Of a DNA stretch of 64,000 bases, positions 39,376 through 47,900 are shown piece by piece. The notes beneath the pieces are model-generated. The model was not told the DNA's origin, did not search any database, and worked only from the letters and a program-made list of their open reading frames with translations. Made by a program: the position numbers and the translations under genes. The stretch covers positions 96,001-160,000 of the forward strand of contig CBDUPA010000009.1 of the NCBI GenBank assembly GCA_965368975.1, in the 5' to 3' direction. Numbering within the stretch: position 1 is the stretch's first letter; each line of letters begins with the position of its first letter. Source of the DNA: an uncultured bacterium. Lineage in GTDB: Bacteria; Acidobacteriota; Thermoanaerobaculia; Multivoradales; JAHZIX01.

Positions 39376-42300
39376 TTGGACGGAGAGGGAATCTTGGACT
39401 GTAAGCGTGAGACCGATGTTGTTGACTGGCGAGACATCCGTGGAAATAGGCATGCTTTCGACCGCTTTGTCGCGCTCTTGCACACTGGCGAGGCCATCGG
39501 ATTTGTCGGTGCTGGCGCGGGGGCCGGCCTGTATCCGCTGTGGCCAAAGCTGATCGAGCAGCTGGCTGATGCCGCGGTAGCGGCCGACGAGAGCAAGGCG
39601 GCTCTGAAGACCGCATGGTGTAGCAAGGACTTCGACCCCCTGCAAGCCGCTCAGCAGATCCGGGACTGCCTGGGAGAAGGCACTTTCGGGGAATGGATCC
39701 GAGGGATTTTCGGACCACGCGAGGGCACGGATGGCAAGCCCTACACCGCAACGCACGCGGCGCTAGCCCGCCTGGGCTTCAACGCCTTCGTAACCACCAA
39801 CTACGACCCCGCGCTCAAGCTCGCCTGCAGCGATGCAGGGCTGGGCAAGCTGGTGCAGGACTTCGACTGGCAGCACGACCGGGTCGGCCTGTGGTTGCAG
39901 GGTCAGCTCTCGACCGAGCGCGAGTTTTCGATCCTGCACGCGCACGGCAAGCATGACGACATCACGAGCGTGATCCTAGGCGCCAAGGATTACCGCCGAG
40001 CCTACGGTGATGAGCGTTACCAGGAGCTGTTCAAGCAGCTCTGGACGTGCCACCGCCTCGCTATCGTTGGTTTCAGCTTCGGTGACGCCTGGCTCAAGGT
40101 GATCGCAGACCAGGCACTCTCGAGTGTGGATGCAAGGAGGATCAGTGGGCCCCGGCACGTGGCCTTGTTGGGCTTGCCCGAGGAGCACATCAGCGCAGCC
40201 GAAGCCTACCGGGCTCAGGTCGAGGAGCCCTGGCACCTGCATGCACTCTTCTACCCGATCGTGACGAAGTCTGACGAGAACGGTGCGACCTACCCGGATC
40301 ACAGCGCCCTCGGCGATGTCTTGAAGAGGCTTCTCGGGGAGGTCGAAAGCCCCCGGGCGAAGGCAACGACCAAGGCTGCCAGACCCAAGACGGATCCCGA
40401 CCCGCTCGACGTCTGGTTCGGCCAGGTCGAAGCCGAACACCGCCGCCTCGGCGACCACTTCGACCGCCCTGCCGAGTTGCACCTGATCGAGCAGGCATGG
40501 GTCGAGGTCAAGGTCATGCCTGCCCACCAGGAGCGTCGAGACGTGCGGAGTGAGGATGTCGGAGACGGCAAGCTCCCCGGCCACCCAACGACGCTGGACA
40601 AGGTTCTCGATTGGCCCATCGGCTCGCCGAGCCGGAACGAGGGCCGGTGGCTGCTCGAAGGTCCGCCGGGCTCCGGCAAGACGACGCTACTGAGACACCT
40701 GGCAGCACGACTAGCACGAGGGAAGAGCCACGCTGCTATACCGGTCTTCGTCTCGCTCCCACGCCTGATCGAGACGGGACAGGAGCTTCTGACCCACGCC
40801 ACCGACGGCCTCGGCCTGGCCAACCTCTCCCCGGTGCGTGACGCTCTGGCGGCTGCTGGTCGAGCGGGTCGTCTCCTCTTGCTGCTCGATAGCTTCGACG
40901 AGATCCCACGCGAGCGCCGAGCCCCTGTGCGCCGACTTCTGACGCAGCTACGACAGGATGAAGCTTGGTCCAAGTGCAGGCTGGTTGTGAGCAGCCGGCC
41001 GATCGGGCGCGGCCAAGCGCTGGAAGAGCTACCACGACTCGACTTGTTACCTCTGGATTTTGGGCGGCGCCAGGAGTTCCTGGAGACCTGGTTCCGGTAT
41101 GCCGGCCAGCCTGAGTACCGCAGTGAGCCGGAGTGGACGCCTGAAGCGGAAGCAGCGCAGGCGATCACCTACCTCACGGATACCCGCGGCCTGCGAGACC
41201 TGAGCGGCATTCCGCTCTACCTGACCCTGCTGGCGGTGCTCTGGGAGCAGGGGGTACAACCCTCCGGCAGGCTGGCCGAGTTGTACGCCAAGATCTTCGA
41301 ACTGCTGCTCGATGGCGAGCATCGGCGCGAACCGCAGCCGATGCCAAACCAAGACGCTGTCCGCGAGGCGCTGCAGCACCTCGCCTTCGGCATGACCGAG
41401 GACGATTGCTGGGCCGAAGCGAAGAAGAAGCTCGAAGGGCGACTACGGACAGCGGAAGAGTTGTGTGATCGCTTGGGACTCGTTGCGGCCTGGAAGCGGA
41501 ATCTCTTCACCTTCCTAGACGACGTCCACGAACGGACGCAGATCCTCGGACCGCACGACGGCGGACGCGGTGACTGGCGTTTCTGGCACCGGACGTTCCG
41601 CGAAGCCCTTGCAGCGGAATGCCTGAAGGAGCATTACGCCGAGAGAGGGGACGGCGAGGCTCTGCTGGAGTGGGCTCGGCAACTGGAAGAAGGCGGCGAG
41701 GGTCGCTGGGGTGAGCCGCTGGCTTTGCTGGCAGGTGGGATGGATCATGCTGACGACCTGCTGTTGCAACTGGGCGAGGCAAACCCCAAGCTGGCGGTGC
41801 GTGCCGCGGTCTTCGCTCAGGGACTGAAGTCGGAGACGGTGCGGGCGACGCTGAACCTGACCGAGGGTGACCTGGACGAGCGCGCGCAGGTCTTCGAGAG
41901 CATCCCGGACCAACTCGGCGACCCCGACGCCTGCCTGGCGCTGGTGGAGCAGCTGCGACAGAAGGAGCGCAATGGCTTCGACCTCTTCTGGCTATGGTGG
42001 ATTGCCGAGGAAGCCGGGCGACGGTGGAAGGTGGAGTCGCGGGTGGCGGACGTGCTGGATCGGTTCTTCGAACACATCCCGGCACCGAAAGGTGCGGAGC
42101 TATTCCAGAGCGTCGAGTCCAAGCTGGATGGCCGGGTGCCGCTGTGGCGGGAGGTTCCGGAAGGAGAGGGATGGGTGGGGAGTCCGGAGGATGAGAAAGA
42201 GCGATGGGATTGGGAAGGACCGCGACACCAAGTGAGAATCGTCCGGCCATTCTGGCTCGGCTCGGTTCCGGTGACCAATGCACAGTACGCGGCCTTCGAT

Positions 42301-42885
42301 CCAGGCAAGGCGCCGGAGACGTGGGAAGGAGTCGAGCCAGAGAAGCTATTCGCACACCCTCGGGTGAACGTCACTTGGTACGAGGCCGTGTCGTTCTGCC
42401 GCTGGCTGGAGAGCCTGAAGGAGTTCGCAGGCTGTGGCGTGCGGCTACCCGAGGAAGAAGAGTGGGAGTACGCTTGCCGGGCCAGGACGGAGACGCGGTT
42501 CTGGAAGGGGGATGAGGCGCAGCAGCTGGCGGAAGTCGGCTGGTACGAGGACAACTCCGGGAATCGAACCCACCAGGTTGCTGGCAAGCCTGCGAATCCC
42601 TGGGGCCTGTACGACCTACATGGCAATGTGTGGGAGTGGGGAATCTCTGAATGGGATGAAGAGCGGTACCAGGGGCGGTCGTCCGAGGATGCCTATACGG
42701 CAGATCCTGCCGCCCCGGCGGCAGATCCTGCCGCCTCCCCCCGCGTCTGGCGCGTGTTGCGCGGCGGCGGCTACGGGAACGCGGCGCTGTGGTGCCGGTC
42801 GGCGTTCCGGGTCTGGTTCGACCCGTGGGTCGGGTGGGACGGGTGCGGGTTCCGTGTGCTGCTGTCCTCCGCCCCGAGCCGATAG
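39376..42885 (+). CDS. SIR2-like + NACHT NTPase + FGE-sulfatase/C-type lectin-fold protein (DGR target 1)
   Basis: SIR2_2 motifs FVGAG, TTNYD, HAHG, GFSFGD; Walker A GPPGSGKTT and Walker B LLLLDSFDE; FWHRTFRE; FGE motifs PVTNAQY, LPEEEEWEYACRA, NPWGLYDLHGNVWEW, RGGG, GFR. Start uncertain. Confidence 0.9.
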   Translation: MDGEGILDCKRETDVVDWRDIRGNRHAFDRFVALLHTGEAIGFVGAGAGAGLYPLWPKLIEQLADAAVAADESKAALKTAWCSKDFDPLQAAQQIRDCLGEGTFGEWIRGIFGPREGTDGKPYTATHAALARLGFNAFVTTNYDPALKLACSDAGLGKLVQDFDWQHDRVGLWLQGQLSTEREFSILHAHGKHDDITSVILGAKDYRRAYGDERYQELFKQLWTCHRLAIVGFSFGDAWLKVIADQALSSVDARRISGPRHVALLGLPEEHISAAEAYRAQVEEPWHLHALFYPIVTKSDENGATYPDHSALGDVLKRLLGEVESPRAKATTKAARPKTDPDPLDVWFGQVEAEHRRLGDHFDRPAELHLIEQAWVEVKVMPAHQERRDVRSEDVGDGKLPGHPTTLDKVLDWPIGSPSRNEGRWLLEGPPGSGKTTLLRHLAARLARGKSHAAIPVFVSLPRLIETGQELLTHATDGLGLANLSPVRDALAAAGRAGRLLLLLDSFDEIPRERRAPVRRLLTQLRQDEAWSKCRLVVSSRPIGRGQALEELPRLDLLPLDFGRRQEFLETWFRYAGQPEYRSEPEWTPEAEAAQAITYLTDTRGLRDLSGIPLYLTLLAVLWEQGVQPSGRLAELYAKIFELLLDGEHRREPQPMPNQDAVREALQHLAFGMTEDDCWAEAKKKLEGRLRTAEELCDRLGLVAAWKRNLFTFLDDVHERTQILGPHDGGRGDWRFWHRTFREALAAECLKEHYAERGDGEALLEWARQLEEGGEGRWGEPLALLAGGMDHADDLLLQLGEANPKLAVRAAVFAQGLKSETVRATLNLTEGDLDERAQVFESIPDQLGDPDACLALVEQLRQKERNGFDLFWLWWIAEEAGRRWKVESRVADVLDRFFEHIPAPKGAELFQSVESKLDGRVPLWREVPEGEGWVGSPEDEKERWDWEGPRHQVRIVRPFWLGSVPVTNAQYAAFDPGKAPETWEGVEPEKLFAHPRVNVTWYEAVSFCRWLESLKEFAGCGVRLPEEEEWEYACRARTETRFWKGDEAQQLAEVGWYEDNSGNRTHQVAGKPANPWGLYDLHGNVWEWGISEWDEERYQGRSSEDAYTADPAAPAADPAASPRVWRVLRGGGYGNAALWCRSAFRVWFDPWVGWDGCGFRVLLSSAPSR
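42736..42885 (+). repeat. DGR variable region VR1 with IMH-like 3' end
   Basis: Aligns codon-for-codon with 44832-44984 (minus strand); 26-bp identical block at 42856-42881. Confidence 0.8.
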
Positions 42886-42887
42886 GC

Positions 42888-43186
42888 GATCTTAGATCAT
42901 AGAGAGTGTGGGTAAACCCGGCAGGCCGGCACAGCTTGCCGACCACCCTGGCTGATTCTGCCGGCAGTACTTCAGCAGATTGAGCCCAATCCCAGCTTTT
43001 CTGGTCGGAGTCAAGAGAGACATAGCGGTTGCTCCCGGCAAGATCTGCCGCCCCTGGTATCCGAGCTATCTGAACTCTGACCGGCAACAGCGCAACTTTG
43101 CCGGCTCGCACTGGGTGCCGGCCGATTCCTCCAGGGCTACCGGCAAGAATTGCCGCTCCGCCGGCAAGCCGGCAACTTCTGCCACC
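42888..43186 (+). repeat. Left arm of ~300-bp imperfect inverted repeat flanking the RT cassette
   Basis: Collinear with the reverse complement of 44532-44832; identical blocks GATCATAGAGAGTGTGG and CAACAGCGCAACTTT. Confidence 0.85.
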
Positions 43187-43285
43187 CGGCACACGCCGCT
43201 GCACAGAACCGCGCAAATTTGCATTTCACCTTCGAGAAACGTCTACAAAGAGAGAGCAGACGAAACGAACCTTCGAGACAAAGTC

Positions 43286-43646
43286 ATGGAACTCTCCGCC
43301 CGCGCCGCCGCTACCCTGATGGGCCGCAGTCCGCGCACCGTCCGAGCCCAACTGGCTCGCGGGGATCTTCCAGGTGTTAAGCGCGAGGGGCGCTGGTGGA
43401 TCGATCGGTCGAACCTGCCCCTCACAGACGCACAGCGGCGTGGCCTTCACGCCAAGGCAGATCAGGTGCGCTCGGTTGTAGAGCACGCTCTGCCTTCACG
43501 AGCGGCGCAGCGGCTTGGTGAGCGGACACGGTCCGTCGCGGACTTGGACGGTTTCCGCCTGGGTGCCGACGTCCTGGCTTCCTTGCGCGCGGCTGAGGCC
43601 AGCGACCTTGCCCCCGAGGAGCGAAGAGCCGTGGCCTGGCGCCTGG
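43286..43646 (+). pseudogene. HTH (excisionase-like) DGR accessory gene, truncated or frameshifted
   Basis: MELSARAAATLMGRSPRTVRAQLARGDLPGVKREGRWWI; after ...VAWRL the frame runs out of phase through RT sequence. Confidence 0.65.
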
Positions 43647-44531
43647 TTCCTCTTCCTGGAGGAGCAGTTGGAGGATCTGCAGGCCGAGCTTTCGGCCGGC
43701 ACCTACCGGCCGCAGCCGTGCGACTTCGTCTCGATCCGCGATCCCAAGCCGCGCGTCATCGCCCGCACCCTGCTGCGCGACCGCATCGTGCAGACCGCGG
43801 TGGTGCACCAGCTCGACCCGATCTTCGAGCCGACCTACACCCACGACGACTACGCTTGCCGTCCGGGCTACGGCACGCACCGGGCGGTGCTGCGCCTGCA
43901 GGAGTTTCAACGCCGCTACCGCTTTGCCCTGCACCTGGACGTCCGCTCCTACTTTCCGTCGATCGACCGCGACATCCTGCTCGCCTTGCTGAGTCGGCGC
44001 ATTCGGGACGTCAGGTTCCTGGATCTCGTCGCTCGGTTGCTCGCGATCGGTGACGAGCTACACGGGCACCCGGAGCTGCGCAAGCTGGCTGGGCTCGACC
44101 CCGACTGGCCTCCGCCGGGTCGTGGCTTGCCGATCGGCGCCCACAGCAGCCAGATGCTGGCGGCACACGTCTACCTCAACGGCTTCGACCACTGGGTCAA
44201 GCGGCAGCTGAAGGTACCGGCCTACTTGCGCTTTCTCGACGACACCTTCTATTTCGCCGACGGTCGCCGCAAGCTGGAGCGCTGGCGCAAGAGGATCGCT
44301 GAGTGGCTGATGGCCGAGCGCGGTCTGCGCTTAAAGCACCCGCAAGCCCGTATCGTCTCGTGCCATGGTCATCTCAACGCCCTGGGCCACCGGATCTCGC
44401 GCCAGGATATCCACTGTCTGAAGCGCCCCTTGCGGCGCTTGCACCGCCGCATCCGCCAGCATCTCGACGGCAGCTTGGACGTCGAATTGGAACGGACCAT
44501 CGCCTCCAGCGTTGGCATCATTCTGTTCTGA
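43641..44531 (+). pseudogene. DGR-type reverse transcriptase lacking its N-terminus and start codon
   Basis: GTYRP, IRDPKPRVI, RDRIVQ, YACRPGYGTH.A, LDVRSYFPSID, GLPIGAHSSQ (DGR-type SQ), YLRFLDD. In-frame sequence upstream of 43641 does not resemble an RT. Confidence 0.85.
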
Positions 44532-44832
44532 GGTGGCATGTTTGGCCGGCTTGCCAGGTGCGGGTGGCAAGTCTTGCCGGCAACCCTGGCAAGATCGGCT
44601 GGAACCCTGAGAAGGCCGGTAAAGTTGCGCTGTTGACGGTCAGAACTCAGGTGGCTCGGGTGCCAAGCGCGGCAGATATTGCCGGATACGACCCGCCCAA
44701 TCTGGCTCGCCTTGGCAAGTATTCTGGCGATCTGGCGAACTCTGGCGATCTACTGCCGGCAGAAACGGCCGAGTCGGCCGGCAAGCCCTGCCGGCCTGCC
44801 AGCTTCATCCACACTCTCTATGATCAAAGATC
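44532..44832 (-). repeat. Right arm of the ~300-bp inverted repeat, abutting the RT stop codon
   Basis: Reverse complement aligns to 42888-43186. Confidence 0.85.
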
Positions 44833-44984
44833 TACGGCCGGCTCGGGGCGGAGGACAGCAGCACGCGGAACCCCAGGCTCCGGAACACGACCCACGGGTG
44901 CCACCCGTCCCGGCACGCCGACCGGCACCTCTGCGCCGAGTCCCAGCAGCTGCCGCCGCGCACCACGCGCCCGACGCGGGGGGA
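44832..44984 (-). repeat. DGR variable region VR2
   Basis: SPRVGRVVRGGSCWDSAQRCRSACRDGWHPWVVFRSLGFRVLLSSAPSR versus VR1 SPRVWRVLRGGGYGNAALWCRSAFRVWFDPWVGWDGCGFRVLLSSAPSR. Confidence 0.8.
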
Positions 44985-47900
44985 GGTGGCAAGATCTGCC
45001 GGGTGGGCAGCTGGCTCGACCGGATGCGGTGCCTCCGAGGTCCGTCCTTTGTAACGCTCTGCATCGAACTCGGACGCTGTCCACTCCCAGACGTTGCCAT
45101 GGACGTCGTAGAGCCCCCAGGCATTGCCGGGTTTTCCACCCACAGGATGCGTGGTTCCCTCTATGCCTTCCCCGTACCAACCAACCTCGGCCAGTCGCTC
45201 CTCGTCCTCGCCATTCCAGTACCGCGCTTCCGATCCCGCCCGGCACGCGTACTCCCAAACTTCCTCTTCTGGCAGGCTGGGGGCCGCACCCTCGAAACCC
45301 GGCTGGCAGGCCAGCCAGCGGCAGAAGGACACCGCCTCGTACCAGGTCACCACGACCTGAGGATGCGTGGCCAGCTCTTCTGGGTCGATGCCTTTCCAAC
45401 GATGAGAGTTCTTGCCCGGATCGAACGCTGCGTACACGGCATTCGTGACCGGTACCGCCGACAGCCAGCAGTCCGCCTGCAGTTCGACCTGATGTCTTGG
45501 TGTCTCGCGCTTCCGCTGGTCGTCGTCGACCTCATCGTCTCGGGAACCCACCCAGCCGACTCCCGCAGGAATTCGACACCACAGATCCTTCTCCTCGCCG
45601 TCCGGCCGCTGCCAGCGGCGCAGTAGCTCCGGATCCTCCACCTTGGGCAGATCATCGTAGATGCGCCGGCGCAAGCTCTCCGCCCGTTCGCGCAGGCCTT
45701 CCGAGGCTTGCCCCACCTGCCAGGCCGCATGGTCCAGGAAGTAGAGGTCATTGCCGTTGCGCACGCCCTGGCGCAGCCGATCGATCAGCCGCAAGCAGCG
45801 CTCCGGGTCCCCGATCAGCTCCGGCAACTGCTCGTAGACCTTCGACCGCTCCTCCCACTTATCCGTCAGCTCCAGGACCTCGCGCACGGTCTCGTCGCTG
45901 ACATTCTGCGCTGTCGGTAGGGCGCGCAGCGCGAGATCCCGATTGGCCTTCATCAGCTCCTCGAGCAAGGCATCCGCGTCCTCGACCCCGCCACACACCA
46001 GCGCGAAGGGCTCCGCCCACCGGCTCTCCTGCCCTTGCACCTCCCGGGCATGCTGGAGCAGGGTCTTGGAGTCCCACTCCGCCATTCGCTCGGCAGTCAG
46101 CGCTTCCTTGAAGGTCCGGTGCCAGAAGCGCCAATCCGCATCGTGGCCATCGTGCGGTCCGAGAATGCCGACCTTCTCGGCGACATCTTCCAGGAAGAGA
46201 TCCACCTTGCCATCCCAGCGATGTACCTTGCGCAACTCCTCGCGCACCGCCGCCAGGTCGTCCCGGTACATGCGTTCCTGCAGCTGCCCGAAGCGTTCCG
46301 CATCGCAGTTGTCGCAGGTCATCGATTCGGCGAGCAAGCGCAAGGTCTGGCGCACCAGCTCGGGGCGCTGGATCTTGTCGAAGCTCTTGTCGCCGGAGCC
46401 CAGCTTGTGCTTGCCTTCGATCAGCAGGTCGAACACCTGATCGTAGAGCTTGGAGCGGTTGCGCGACGGCTTGACGCCGTCTTCGAGCAGCAGGGCCATG
46501 AGTGTCAGGTAGAGGGGATTGCCGGTGAGTTCTTCGAAGCCGGGACCGTCGAGTTCGCGCAGAGCGTCCCTGGCTCGGGCGTGGTCCTCTTTCTTCTCGT
46601 TGCGCCCGAACCAGCGCGCCAAGAACTGGAGACGGCGCTCGCGATCGAGGGGTTGGAGCTGGAGTTCCTTGAAGCTGCCATCGAAGCGCCGATAGCCGAT
46701 GGGGCGCGTGGTGACGACGATGGGCGTGGTGGGCCAGCGGTCGGCAAGGCGGCGGACCTGCTGCTCGGCCTCGGGCCGGATCTCGGCGCTGACTTCGTCG
46801 AGGCCATCGAGCAACACGAGCAGCCGGCCTTCTTCGCCGGCATGGTCGAGGACACGGCCGGTACCCTCTCCAAACCCTTGACGCGCCATCTGTGTCTCGA
46901 CGCGATCCAGCAGGGACTTGCCGTCGCGCAGCAGCACGGGCAGCGACTGAAAGAGGGGGATCCAGCGTCGCTCGGCGTTCTTGGCCAGCTTGGCGGCGAG
47001 GTGGCGCAGGAGGGTGGTCTTGCCGGAGCCGGGATCGCCGCGCACGATCCAGCGCCGGGTCACCCATGGGTGTCGGGCTGGATCCAAGTCGAGTAAGTCT
47101 TCCAGGCTCTGATAGGGACGCAGAGGCTCCGCTTCTCCGAAACCACCAGATTCGGGGGAGTCGGCATCCCCCGTTCTTCCGGACGGCCGCCGCCGGGCCA
47201 GCTGGCCTTGCTCAGCCGCAGTCAGTTGCAGCTCGACATAGACGCGATCGAGCAGGACGAGTTCCTGATCGCGCTGGAAGGCCGGCACGAGGCGTTGGTG
47301 GGTGGACTCGACGTAGTGGAGCCAGGCGCTCAGGAGATCGTGCTGGTGTTCCTTGGGTATCGCGGCCTGGTGTTGTTGCAGCCCCTCGCGGAGCGCATGG
47401 AACTTGGCGATGCCGGCGTCTGAGGGTTCGACCTCCTCTTGGACAACATCCAGCACACGCTGAGCGCCAGCTGCCGGGTCATCGTCGCCGGTTGCCAGAA
47501 CGAGGGCGGCGGCGGCACGTTCTTCGGCGGCCTGGAAGTCGTCCAGGGCCTTACGGCTGTCGAGCCCCAGCGCGGCGGCCAGACCCCGGTAGGCGATCTT
47601 CTCGACAAAGAAGGGGGCCAGGGCATCGACGACCTGCCGGCGGAGAGACGGCGGCAAGCGACGTGCCGCGCCTGGATCGCCGACCGTGGCGGGCAAGTCT
47701 TTCTCTGTACAGCCGATGTACTTGGAGATGATCTTGGACAGGTCGATGCGGTACGCGTCGACACCGGCTTGCTCTTCCGTGCTTGCGGAAGCGATGCGCT
47801 CGAAGCGCTGCCGCAACCACGACGGCCAGGGCGTCGGCGCGAGATCGACAGCGAGCAGCTTACGGTCCGAACTGTGGCACAGCGTGTCCTTCCACAGCCG

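Noticed and set aside
42980-44053. 357-aa ORF as a single real protein
   Set aside because: It is a chimera of a non-coding leader, the HTH gene from 43286, and out-of-frame read-through of the RT.
43641-44531. Group II intron or retron RT
   Set aside because: It is short, has no maturase/endonuclease domain or retron VTG motif, carries the DGR-type SQ motif and is flanked by CLec VR genes.
42886-44832. A DGR template repeat between the targets
   Set aside because: I found no A-rich copy of the VR (RGG...CRSA...GFR pattern) on either strand in the intergenic regions or inside the HTH/RT genes.
42371-45448. Antisense ORFs 42371..43216(-) and 44303..45448(+) with similar translations (GKVALL.VR.Q.AR.P.AAD.AG)
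   Set aside because: The similarity follows from the DNA inverted repeat. Differences in the segment I checked are mostly non-synonymous, and both ORFs overlap real genes, so coding is unsupported.
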